From: Patescibacteria group bacterium | GTDB lineage: Bacteria; Patescibacteriota; Minisyncoccia; Phycocordibacterales; PALSA-1337 | NCBI GenBank assembly: GCA_018970245.1 | Contig: JAGWWT010000005.1 | Coordinates: 1 to 57,125 of the forward strand | Length of the DNA: 57,125 nt | Direction of reading: 5' to 3' | Part shown: in pieces, positions 44,727 through 52,853 of the stretch | How the letters are laid out: each line of letters starts with the position of its first letter | Position numbering within the stretch: the stretch's first letter is position 1 | Notes under the pieces: model-generated | The model's input: the letters and a program-made list of their open reading frames with translations, nothing else | The model's database searches: none | What the model was told of the DNA's origin: nothing | Translations under genes and position numbers: made by a program

Positions 44727-45779
44727 TTGAAAACGAAAGATACCCGCAGAAGCGGCCTAAAAGTCGTGATAGTAGGCGGCGGATCGGGTACGGCTGTCCT
44801 AGCCGATCTGCTCCGTCCGCATGGATCCATCATGGCCACCATCCAGTCGACGTTCGACGACGGCGGCCACTCTGGCATGCTCCGCAAGCAGTACGGCATT
44901 CCCGCGATCGGGGACCTCGGAAAGGCTATTTTGGCCTTGGTTGACGAAAAGCTCCGGGACGGCGAGCTCTACAAGTGGCTGTCATATCGCCATGAAAGGG
45001 ATGGCCGGCATTTCGACAATACGGTCGGCCGGAATGAATTCTTGGCGATGTCGATCTTGAGGAGGTGGGCGGAACGCGGCCGGCGATATCCGGAAGCGCT
45101 CATCGAAGCCTTGGATGCTCTCCGGAAAGAGCTCGGCGTCGAGCCTGAGGTCCTTCCGGTCAGCTTGGACGAAGCCCATATAAAGGCATTCCCGAAGTGC
45201 AGGCCTTCTACGATCAAGGGGCAGGACACGATCGACAACAAGTTCAGGCACGAAGACATCCTGGACATCGAGCTCGATCCTGTGCCTCCGGCGCAGAGGC
45301 CTCGCCTATGCGAACGCGCCAGGGAGGCTATACTCGGCTGCGATGCGCTCGTCTTCGCCCCAGGCACTTTCTGGGGATCGAAGATGGCGCCGCTCCGAGT
45401 GGAGGGATTCAAGGAGGCGGTGCACAAAGCTAGGAAGAGCGGCGTTCTGACCGCCCTGGTCATAAACGCATCTCGGCCGTCAGTGTGGACCGGTTTGGAG
45501 GATCCCAATGCCTGTCTGGAGAGATATTCAGCGAGCCTCTCGACTTCGTCGAGAAACGTCGTCCTCGATGCCGCTTTCTGCAATTCCAGCATGCCGTCCA
45601 CGGCAGCAGCTGGCCTCAAATGGCTGGAGCAGAAGAATGAGGTGCCTATGAGATGCGTTCCGTCGCAGTTCGTGCGCGAATTCATCACCGGCCCGTTCGT
45701 GGACTGGACCGAGAATGGCCCGAAGCACAACGAGCTGTTCGCGGAAGAGCTCATGGGGTGGGTCGACCGTTCCCGCTAG
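44727..45779 (+). CDS. YvcK/CofD-family protein (UPF0052, gluconeogenesis factor-like)
   Basis: 'VVIVGGGSGTAVLADLL', 'FDDGGHSGMLRK' and 'IGDLGKAILAL' match the GGGTG/DDGGS/GD(L)R family blocks. It has a TTG start; an alternative GTG is at 44766. Confidence 0.7.
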   Translation: MKTKDTRRSGLKVVIVGGGSGTAVLADLLRPHGSIMATIQSTFDDGGHSGMLRKQYGIPAIGDLGKAILALVDEKLRDGELYKWLSYRHERDGRHFDNTVGRNEFLAMSILRRWAERGRRYPEALIEALDALRKELGVEPEVLPVSLDEAHIKAFPKCRPSTIKGQDTIDNKFRHEDILDIELDPVPPAQRPRLCERAREAILGCDALVFAPGTFWGSKMAPLRVEGFKEAVHKARKSGVLTALVINASRPSVWTGLEDPNACLERYSASLSTSSRNVVLDAAFCNSSMPSTAAAGLKWLEQKNEVPMRCVPSQFVREFITGPFVDWTENGPKHNELFAEELMGWVDRSR

Positions 45780-45808
45780 TTCACATCGTGACCGTTCCCG
45801 CTCTATCT

Positions 45809-45845
45809 CCCGTTCGATCTATCGAGATCGAGCGGGCTTTTTTAT
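45809..45845 (+). terminator. Rho-independent terminator
   Basis: The stem is cccgttcgatct / agatcgagcggg (12 bp, 1 mismatch) with loop atcg, followed by cttttttat. Confidence 0.65.
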
Positions 45846-45992
45846 GCCGGTTATGCAGGCAAATCTATTCATGCACCGGCGCTGCCGTGTTACCGTGCTG
45901 CCGCGCTGCCGTGCTGCCGCGCGGGCTCACACGATCAGTTGGCGGTACTACGAAGGTATCGGGTATGGGGGTACCGCTACTGTTTCTATCTG

Positions 45993-46044
45993 CTTTCCAA
46001 ACGGAAAGTTGGGAAAACGATGGTTCGACTTTCCAAATGGAAAG
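45993..46044. promoter_or_regulatory. Two copies of a 16-bp palindrome, CTTTCC-N4-GGAAAG
   Basis: ctttccaaacggaaag is at 45993-46008 and ctttccaaatggaaag is at 46029-46044, 36 bp centre to centre. They could be an operator pair or RNA hairpins. Confidence 0.3.
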
Positions 46045-46087
46045 CAGATGAAAAGGATGCGCCTTACCCCCCCCACCTCCAGCACGC

Positions 46088-46145
46088 AAAAACCCGCCGA
46101 GGGCGGGGCTTTGCGTTAGACATATTGGTGAGCTCACTGACTCAC
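46088..46145 (-). ncRNA. Candidate ~58-nt small RNA, defined only by promoter and terminator signals
   Basis: On the minus strand, a near-consensus promoter (46152-46179) is followed by the transcript cgtgagtcagtgagctcaccaatatgtctaacgcaaagccccgccctcggcgggttttt, which ends in a GC hairpin plus T5. Confidence 0.3.
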
Positions 46146-46151
46146 GGGCAC

Positions 46152-46179
46152 ATTATAGCATCGTTATCCAGTATTGCAA
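46152..46179 (-). promoter_or_regulatory. Near-consensus promoter TTGCAA-16-TGcTATAAT (minus strand)
   Basis: The reverse complement of 46152-46179 is ttgcaa tactggataacgatgc tataat. The palindromic TTGCAA could also serve as a -35 for a plus-strand TACAAT box at 46198-46203. Confidence 0.45.
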
Positions 46180-46308
46180 TGAGTTATCCACGCACGATAC
46201 AATGTGCAACGGATTGCACCTGATGACGGCGACGGCTGTACTCACATTATATTTAGACTATATTTGGAGCTCGCACCCGTCGCCATCATTCGGTACAATA
46301 TTGTTCCT

Positions 46309-47376
46309 ATGGACATACGAGAGAATATCCCCCTGGCCCCATATACCACCCTAAAAATAGGCGGTCCAGCGAGGTTTTTTGCCTCAGCCACGAAGGAATC
46401 AGACATAGCCGAGCTCGTCCGTTTCGCCAAGAAGAACCGCCGCCGCCTCCTCGTCATCGGCGAAGGCACCAACATCCTCGTCGCCGATGTCGGCTTTTCC
46501 GGCCTTGTCATAAAGATGGAGATCAAGGGACGGCGGGTTTCGGCTTCGGCCTCGGCCTCGGCCTCGGCTTCGGCTTCGGCCGCCGATCCTGAAACTGTCC
46601 TCGTCGAAGCCAGCGCCGGCGAGATCTGGGATGAGCTTGTCGACTGGTCTGTCTCCGAGGGCCTGTATGGCTTGGAGAACCTTTCGGCCATTCCTGGCAC
46701 GGTCGGAGCGGCGCCCATCCAGAACATAGGCGCATACGGCGCAGACGCCTCGAATGTCATAACCAATGTCCGGGCCTTCGATACTTCGAAGATGGCCTTC
46801 GTCGATCTCTCCAACGAGGATTGCCGTTTTTCATATAGAGACAGCATCTTCAAGCAGAAGAAGGGCCGTTACATCGTGACCTCCGTCATTTTCGCTCTCA
46901 AGAAGAGAGGCCGAGTCAATATCGAGTATCGTGACCTGAAGGAATATTTCAAAAGGCTTGGCAAAACAGACCCGGTCGCGCTCACGCCCAAGATGGTGCG
47001 CGAAGCCGTCATAGAGATACGCTGGGGCAAGCTGCCCGACTGGAAGAAATGGGGGACGGCCGGCTCATTCTTCAAGAACCCCATCATCTCCGCCAAGCGC
47101 TATGAGTCGATCAAGGCCAAATATCCCGACGCGCCCGGATTCCCGGAACCCGATGGCCGCGTGAAGATCTCTGCCGCGTGGCTTCTGGACAGGATCTGTA
47201 AGGCCAAGGGGCTGATGGAGGGCAATGTCGGCATGTATGAGAATCAGGCCCTTGTCCTCGTGACGAAGCCGGGCGCCACCGCCGCCGCGGTCGTCGATTT
47301 CACGACCAAGCTCATCGAGCAGATCGAGCATGAGACGACGGTCAAGCTGGAGGCGGAAGTCGAGTGGGTCAATTGA
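46309..47376 (+). CDS. murB: UDP-N-acetylenolpyruvoylglucosamine reductase
   Basis: It has 'PLAPYTTLKIGGPARFF', 'VIGEGTNILV', 'IPGTVGAAPIQNIGAYG' and 'AGSFFKNP'. The start is at internal ATG 46309, 10 nt after a TACAAT box. Confidence 0.9.
   Translation: MDIRENIPLAPYTTLKIGGPARFFASATKESDIAELVRFAKKNRRRLLVIGEGTNILVADVGFSGLVIKMEIKGRRVSASASASASASASAADPETVLVEASAGEIWDELVDWSVSEGLYGLENLSAIPGTVGAAPIQNIGAYGADASNVITNVRAFDTSKMAFVDLSNEDCRFSYRDSIFKQKKGRYIVTSVIFALKKRGRVNIEYRDLKEYFKRLGKTDPVALTPKMVREAVIEIRWGKLPDWKKWGTAGSFFKNPIISAKRYESIKAKYPDAPGFPEPDGRVKISAAWLLDRICKAKGLMEGNVGMYENQALVLVTKPGATAAAVVDFTTKLIEQIEHETTVKLEAEVEWVN
46540..46581 (+). repeat. Hexanucleotide microsatellite (TCGGCY)x7 encoding (Ser-Ala)7 inside murB
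   Basis: Hand parsing gives tcggct tcggcc tcggcc tcggcc tcggct tcggct tcggcc, in frame. Confidence 0.85.
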
Positions 47377-47380
47377 TCGT

Positions 47381-47425
47381 CGGCCCGCGTTGGCCCGCGT
47401 CGGCCCGTTTTGGCCCGCGTCGGCC
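47381..47425. repeat. 10-bp word array (YGGCCCGYKT x4.5) in the murB-secA spacer
   Basis: The sequence is cggcccgcgt tggcccgcgt cggcccgttt tggcccgcgt cggcc. Confidence 0.8.
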
Positions 47426-47477
47426 ATATGATCAGCCATATGAAAATGGCCTGAAATATGGTAAAGTCGGCAAATCC

Positions 47478-50171
47478 ATGGGAATTTTCAGCGGACTATT
47501 CAACAAGAGCGGCACGAGCGGGGTCGGCAAATTCCAGCCGACTGTAGCCAAGATAAACGCTCTGGAACCGGCCATCAAGGCGCTTTCGGACGCTGAGCTG
47601 CGCGGAAAGACCGCCGGATTCAAGGCCAAGCTCGCCGGCAAGACTGGCGACGAGGAAAAAGCCGCCCTCCGCGAGATCCTGCCCGAAGCCTTCGCGGTCG
47701 TCCGCGAAGCCGCCCGCCGCACGCTCGGCCAGCGCCATTTCGACGTCCAGCTCATCGGCGGCATGGTCCTCGATTCCGGGGCGATCGCCGAGATGCGCAC
47801 TGGCGAAGGGAAGACCCTCGTCGCCACGCTCCCCGCTTACCTGAATGCTCTCACAGGCAAAGGTGTCCACATCGTCACGGTCAACGACTATCTGTCCCGC
47901 CGCGACGCCGTCTGGATGGGGCAGATCTATGATTTCCTCGGCCTCACCGTCGGCGTCCTCAATCACGAGGAGAGCTTCGTCTACGATTCGAAGATGAAGG
48001 CCGGAGAAGGCGCCGACTCCGGTTCACCGGAGCCTTCTGCTTCGAAGGCCTTAAAGCTCGACAAGGAGAGAGACGAGACCGGCGGCTTCAAGGTCGTCCA
48101 CGAATTCCTCCGCCCCGTCAGCCGGCACGAAGCATACTTGGCAGACATCACTTACGGCACCAACAACGAGTTCGGCTTCGATTACCTGCGCGACAACCTC
48201 GAGTACGCGCCCGACCGCTTGCGCCAGCGCGATTTCAACTACGCCATAGTCGACGAGATCGACTCCATCCTCATCGACGAGGCCCGGACGCCTCTCATCA
48301 TCTCCGCGCCGATGCGCGACGCCGAGCAGACATACAAGCAATTCGCGGCCATGGTCGCCAGCTTCGTCGAGAGCACGGATGAGGGCAAGACCGGCGACTA
48401 TACCAAAGACGAGAAACATAAGGCCATCGCGCTCACCGCGGACGGCATCACTAAGGCGGAAAAGGCCCTGGGCATAGACAATATATATACTGACAAGGGG
48501 ATCAAATCCGTCCACCACCTCGAGACTGCCATCCGCGCCAAAGCGCTCTACCACAAGGACAAGGAATACGTGGTCAAGGGGAACGAGATCGTCATCGTCG
48601 ATGAATTCACTGGCCGCCTGCAGCCGGGCCGCCGCTGGTCTGAAGGCCTCCATCAAGCCATCGAGGCCAAGGAAGGCGTCTCTATCCAGCAGGAATCGCG
48701 CACCTACGCGTCCATCACCTATCAGAACTTCTTCCGCATGTACCCCAAGCTCTCCGGCATGACCGGCACGGCCGCCACTTCCGCCGAGGAGTTCTTCAAG
48801 GTCTACGGCCTCGAAGTCTATACCGTCCCCACCAACGTCCCAGCCGTCAGGAAGGACCAGAATGATCAGATCTTCAGGACCGAAGTTGGCAAATTCAAGG
48901 CCATCGCCAAGCGGGTGAAAGCGCTCCATGACAAGGGCCAGCCGGTCCTCATAGGCACGGTCTCCATCGAGAAGAACGAGGTGCTCTCTGAGTTCCTGAA
49001 GGCCGAAGGCATACCGCACGAGGTCTTGAACGCCAAGAACCACGAGAGGGAAGGCGAGATCATCGCCCAGGCCGGCAAGAAGGGCGCAGTCACGATCGCC
49101 ACGAACATGGCAGGCCGCGGCGTGGACATCAAGCTCGGCGGCAACCCGAATACTCCAGAGTCGTACGGCGAGATAAGATCGAACGGCGGCTTGTTCGTCC
49201 TCGGCACCGAGCGGCATGAAGCCCGGCGCATCGACAATCAGCTGCGCGGCCGTTCTGGCCGCCAAGGCGATCCTGGCGAGACGCAATTCTTCGTGTCTCT
49301 CGAGGATTCGCTCATGCGCGTCTTCGCTTCGGACATGCTGAAAGGCCTCATGAATAGGCTCAACATGCCGGAAGACGAAGCCATAGAGCACAAGCTCATC
49401 ACGCGCGCCTTGGAGTCGGCCCAGGAAAAGATCGAAGGCTTCAATTTCGATTCCAGGAAGCACGTCCTGGAGTTCGATGACGTCATCAATACCCAGCGTT
49501 CCAGCGTATACAGCCGCCGCCGCAAGCTCCTCCTCGGGACGGTCGACGACGTCGCGAAGGAGCTCGACGATATCATAGGCGACGACGCCGATGCGAAGGC
49601 GCTGATAGAAAAGAAGACCGGCGAGTTCGGCCGCGACGCATTCTTGCAGGCCGTGCGGATTATCCTTTTGCAGACGATAGACATGTTCTGGGTGGAGCAC
49701 TTGGAGGTCATGGATTATACGCGATCGAGCGTGAACCTGCGCGCTTACGGCCAGCGCGATCCATTGGTCGAATACAAGAAAGAAGGCCTGCGTCTTTTCA
49801 AAGAGATGCAGAGCGCCATGCGCGAGCAGGTTTTGAAGATCTTGCCGCATATCGTGCCAGTCCAGAATGGGCAGCCAGTCCAGAATGGGCAGCCAGTGGG
49901 GCAAGGAGCAGGGGGCAAGTATGGAGGAATGAAGAGGGGGCAAGAAGAGATGCGGATCGCTGATGGCCTCCGAGAAGTCAAAGAGAACGCGCAGCTCATC
50001 GGCGCGGGCGACGGGAGCGGATCGGCCGTCGGCGCGCATGATGGGAGCCAAACGCCGAAGGAAAAGGAGCCTGGCAGGAACGACCCGTGCCCATGCGGGT
50101 CTGGGAAGAAGTATAAGAACTGCGGTCTAAAGGGAACACCGGAGCATCAACAGAGAATGGCGGGGAAATAG
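47478..50171 (+). CDS. secA: Preprotein translocase ATPase SecA
   Basis: It has 'AEMRTGEGKTLVATLP', 'VTVNDYLSRRD', 'DEIDSILIDEARTPLIIS', 'TNMAGRGVDIKLGG' and the C-terminal zinc motif 'CPCGSGKKYKNCG'. The start is at internal ATG 47478, 11 nt after TGgTAAAGT. Confidence 0.95.
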   Translation: MGIFSGLFNKSGTSGVGKFQPTVAKINALEPAIKALSDAELRGKTAGFKAKLAGKTGDEEKAALREILPEAFAVVREAARRTLGQRHFDVQLIGGMVLDSGAIAEMRTGEGKTLVATLPAYLNALTGKGVHIVTVNDYLSRRDAVWMGQIYDFLGLTVGVLNHEESFVYDSKMKAGEGADSGSPEPSASKALKLDKERDETGGFKVVHEFLRPVSRHEAYLADITYGTNNEFGFDYLRDNLEYAPDRLRQRDFNYAIVDEIDSILIDEARTPLIISAPMRDAEQTYKQFAAMVASFVESTDEGKTGDYTKDEKHKAIALTADGITKAEKALGIDNIYTDKGIKSVHHLETAIRAKALYHKDKEYVVKGNEIVIVDEFTGRLQPGRRWSEGLHQAIEAKEGVSIQQESRTYASITYQNFFRMYPKLSGMTGTAATSAEEFFKVYGLEVYTVPTNVPAVRKDQNDQIFRTEVGKFKAIAKRVKALHDKGQPVLIGTVSIEKNEVLSEFLKAEGIPHEVLNAKNHEREGEIIAQAGKKGAVTIATNMAGRGVDIKLGGNPNTPESYGEIRSNGGLFVLGTERHEARRIDNQLRGRSGRQGDPGETQFFVSLEDSLMRVFASDMLKGLMNRLNMPEDEAIEHKLITRALESAQEKIEGFNFDSRKHVLEFDDVINTQRSSVYSRRRKLLLGTVDDVAKELDDIIGDDADAKALIEKKTGEFGRDAFLQAVRIILLQTIDMFWVEHLEVMDYTRSSVNLRAYGQRDPLVEYKKEGLRLFKEMQSAMREQVLKILPHIVPVQNGQPVQNGQPVGQGAGGKYGGMKRGQEEMRIADGLREVKENAQLIGAGDGSGSAVGAHDGSQTPKEKEPGRNDPCPCGSGKKYKNCGLKGTPEHQQRMAGK
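49857..49900 (+). repeat. 18-bp in-frame tandem repeat x2.4 (PVQNGQ units) in the secA 3' region
   Basis: ccagtccagaatgggcag occurs at 49857-49874 and 49875-49892, followed by a partial copy. Confidence 0.8.
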
Positions 50172-50303
50172 GCCGACGATCATGGCCTGACGATCCTGAC
50201 CCGACGCGACGACCCCGGACCCGACGACTCTGACGCGAGGACCCCTGACCTTATCCCTTTTGCTCACCTATGCAAATCCGTCGAGATTTTCGACGGATTT
50301 GTA

Positions 50304-50332
50304 CAAAAACGTCGAGATTTTCGACGTTTTTG
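50304..50332. terminator. Bidirectional-type intrinsic terminator. It is the second of two tandem hairpins sharing the core cgtcga-gattt-tcgacg.
   Basis: Hairpin 2 is caaaaacgtcga gattt tcgacgtttttg (50304-50332), with an A-run before and a T-run after. Hairpin 1 at 50274-50300 is aaatccgtcga gattt tcgacggattt. Confidence 0.6.
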
Positions 50333-50523
50333 CATAGTGATGCGAAAGGGATGTGGAAGGGGTGCGACGGGATGCGAAAGGGAGGTGGAGGAGACGCAAA
50401 GTTGCCCGCAGGAGGCTGCTTTGATGAGCTCGGACGACGCTGGGCAGGATGATTTTGCGCACTTTTGAATGCCGCGCTAGAATTCGAAGGCCGCGCTACG
50501 CTATACGTTATACGCTACGCTAT

Positions 50524-50721
50524 ATGAGCATAAAACAAAACGATAAAAAGAAAGCGCCGCTTAGATCGATCGAGAGATTCCACCACTTCCGCTGCGGGCA
50601 TTGTTCCGGCTGGTGGGGGATCGGTGACGCGCCCGCCGATAGAAAAGATTGGTACTGCCCATGGTGCGGAAAGAAGAACTCCTTCAAGAAAGCATTGACG
50701 GCGCGCGCGATCCCGTGTTAA
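50524..50721 (+). CDS. Small zinc-ribbon protein (65 aa)
   Basis: It has CGHC-x22-CPWC ('FRCGHCSGWWGIGDAP...WYCPWCGKKN'). The start was set at ATG 50524; the longer ORF from 50449 translates the repeat-rich spacer. Confidence 0.5.
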   Translation: MSIKQNDKKKAPLRSIERFHHFRCGHCSGWWGIGDAPADRKDWYCPWCGKKNSFKKALTARAIPC

Positions 50722-50730
50722 TTTGACGAC

Positions 50731-51780
50731 ATGGTTCAGCGCATGTCTTCATATTTCTTTTTCATCGTGCTCCTCGGCGCCTTCTTGGCGGCCATCTTCA
50801 TATTCTTGCCATTCCTCTCGCCCGTCCTCCTGGCGCTCGCCGCTTCGGTGATCGTATACCCCGTCTATCGCGACCTCCGCCGCTTCTGGGGCCAGGGCAA
50901 GCTCCGCGATACCATCGCGGCGCTCGCGACAGTCATCCTCGTTCTCGCGGTCATCCTCATACCGATCTTCTTCCTGGTCGGCACGATATACGGAGAAGTT
51001 CAGACGCTCTACAGCCTCCTCATAGACGAGGCCAACCGCTCTGCGGTCATAAACGCCCTGAACGCCGGCTGGACCGATCTTTCTAACCTCGCATTCGGCG
51101 TCCTGCCGCCTCACTCGTTCGATTCGTTCAACGTGACAGAGAGCCTGAAGAGCGGCCTGGAATGGGTGTTCGCAAACCTCGATACCGTCTTCACCAGCCT
51201 CGCCAAAGTGGCAGGCTACGCCCTCATCTTCCTCATGGCCCTCTTCTATTTCTTGCGCGACGGCGTCGAGCTCAAGAGGATGGTGTTCTCATGGAGCCCC
51301 CAGCTGGCCCAGAATGAAGGCTACATGACCGGCACCTTCAAGGGCGCCATACGTTCGGTGTTCGCTGGCACGCTCGTCGTCTCGATCCTCGAAGGCCTTT
51401 CGATCGGGCTTGCCTTCACCGTCTTTGGCATCCCAGCCCCGGCGCTGTGGGGGACCGTGGCCGCTGTCGCCGCGCTCGTACCGGCCTTCGGCGTGACGCT
51501 GATCGTCCTTCCGGGCGCCGCCTATCTCGCGCTTTCGGGCAACTTCGCTTTCGCGGCTGGCCTCTTGCTTTGGGGATATGCCGGCATCGTCCTCATAGAC
51601 CACATCATCGGGCCGAACATCACCAATCGCGGCATCAAGGTCCATCCATTCCTGGTCCTCTTGTCCGTTCTCGGCGGCCTCCTCATGTTCGGCCTCATCG
51701 GATTCGTGCTCGGGCCGCTCATTCTGGTGATCCTGTTCACGCTGCTCGAGATCTACAAGAACGCGCAAGGGAATATCTAG
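50731..51780 (+). CDS. AI-2E family transporter (PerM/UPF0118)
   Basis: It has eight TM helices and the family-typical 'LMALFYFLRDG' and 'IPAPALWGTVAAVAALVP'. Confidence 0.85.
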   Translation: MVQRMSSYFFFIVLLGAFLAAIFIFLPFLSPVLLALAASVIVYPVYRDLRRFWGQGKLRDTIAALATVILVLAVILIPIFFLVGTIYGEVQTLYSLLIDEANRSAVINALNAGWTDLSNLAFGVLPPHSFDSFNVTESLKSGLEWVFANLDTVFTSLAKVAGYALIFLMALFYFLRDGVELKRMVFSWSPQLAQNEGYMTGTFKGAIRSVFAGTLVVSILEGLSIGLAFTVFGIPAPALWGTVAAVAALVPAFGVTLIVLPGAAYLALSGNFAFAAGLLLWGYAGIVLIDHIIGPNITNRGIKVHPFLVLLSVLGGLLMFGLIGFVLGPLILVILFTLLEIYKNAQGNI

Positions 51781-51785
51781 CACAT

Positions 51786-51819
51786 GGTATTTAGTATCTA
51801 GTATTTAGTATTTAGTATT
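51786..51819. repeat. Single-arm word array of the GGTATTTAGTAT family
   Basis: The sequence ggtatttagtatctagtatttagtatttagtattc lies between the AI-2E transporter gene and obg. Confidence 0.75.
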
Positions 51820-51826
51820 CATCCCC

Positions 51827-52804
51827 ATGTCTTTAGTCGACGAAATAAAATTCCACGCGGCTGCTGGCCGAGGCGGCGAAGGCGTCGTGCGCTGGCGCCA
51901 TGAGCGCGGCAAAGAATTCTCCGGCGCGGCGGGCGGGAACGGCGGCAAAGGCGGCGACGTCTATGTCCGTGCCGTCCGCGACATCAACGTCCTCGCGCGC
52001 CATAAGGCGACCAAGCTCTTTCGGGCGGGACATGGTTCCGCCGGCGCGAATTGGAGCAAGCAGGGAAGGAGCGGCGAGGATTGCTATATCGATCTGCCGA
52101 TCGGTTCGATCGTGAAGAATCTTGAGAGCGGCCGGACCGTCGAGCTCCTCGAAGAGGGCCAGATCTCCAAGATCCTGCATGGCGGATCCGGCGGCCTCGG
52201 CAACGAATACTTCAAGGCCTCGACCAACGTCACTCCGCAGCAGTCTACGCCCGGCCGCGAAGGGGAAGAAGCCGACTTCGATGTCGAGCTCGATCTCATC
52301 GCCGATGCCGGCTTGATCGGCTTGCCGAACGCCGGCAAATCGAGCCTCCTCAACGCGCTCACTCATGCCGCCGCCAAGGTCGGGAGCTACGCCTTCACGA
52401 CGATCGACCCCAATCTCGGAGCATTGCACGGATATATCCTCGCCGATCTTCCCGGCCTCATCGAAGGCGCCGCCGAAGGCAAAGGCCTCGGCCACAAATT
52501 CCTCAAGCATATAAAGAGGACTAAGATCCTTCTGCACCTCGTCTCGCTCGAGAATGAGGACGTCGCCGAAGCCTATAGGACCGTCCGCGGCGAGCTGGAG
52601 AAATACGGAAAGGGCCTGTCCGAGAAGAAGGAGGTCGTGATCCTCACGAAGACTGACCTCGTTCCGCCGGAGAAGATAAAGGCCGCCAGAGCGGCCATCG
52701 AAGAGATGAATGGAGATATCCTGGAAACGACGGTCCTCGATGACGATTCGGTGAGAGATCTATCGGAAGCGATCGTCTCGCGGTTGAGCTCGCACGCCGG
52801 TTAA
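51827..52804 (+). CDS. obg: GTPase Obg/CgtA
   Basis: The Obg fold has 'GGEGVVRWRHERGKEFSGAAGGNGGKGGDVY'. G1 is 'GLPNAGKSSLL', followed by 'DLPGLIEGA' and 'TKTD'. Confidence 0.92.
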   Translation: MSLVDEIKFHAAAGRGGEGVVRWRHERGKEFSGAAGGNGGKGGDVYVRAVRDINVLARHKATKLFRAGHGSAGANWSKQGRSGEDCYIDLPIGSIVKNLESGRTVELLEEGQISKILHGGSGGLGNEYFKASTNVTPQQSTPGREGEEADFDVELDLIADAGLIGLPNAGKSSLLNALTHAAAKVGSYAFTTIDPNLGALHGYILADLPGLIEGAAEGKGLGHKFLKHIKRTKILLHLVSLENEDVAEAYRTVRGELEKYGKGLSEKKEVVILTKTDLVPPEKIKAARAAIEEMNGDILETTVLDDDSVRDLSEAIVSRLSSHAG

Positions 52805-52853
52805 AAACGGACATATGCGCATCCGGGGCAGGGGAGCCAAGCCTTATGAGGCT

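Noticed and set aside
46016-46035. A T-loop-like 'ggttcgact' that suggested a tRNA or tmRNA 3' domain.
   Set aside because: The flanking bases do not form a 5-bp T-stem (gatgg versus ttcca are not complementary). No acceptor stem or CCA context could be built on either strand.
48051-50051. A 666-aa minus-strand ORF antisense to secA. Similar long antisense ORFs occur at 5668-6576, 17481-18203, 20566-21321, 44969-45754 and 53499-54287.
   Set aside because: These are typical shadow ORFs of GC-rich coding DNA. Their compositions are Arg/Ala/Gly/Asp-rich and low-complexity, they carry no motifs, and each fully overlaps a confidently identified gene on the other strand.
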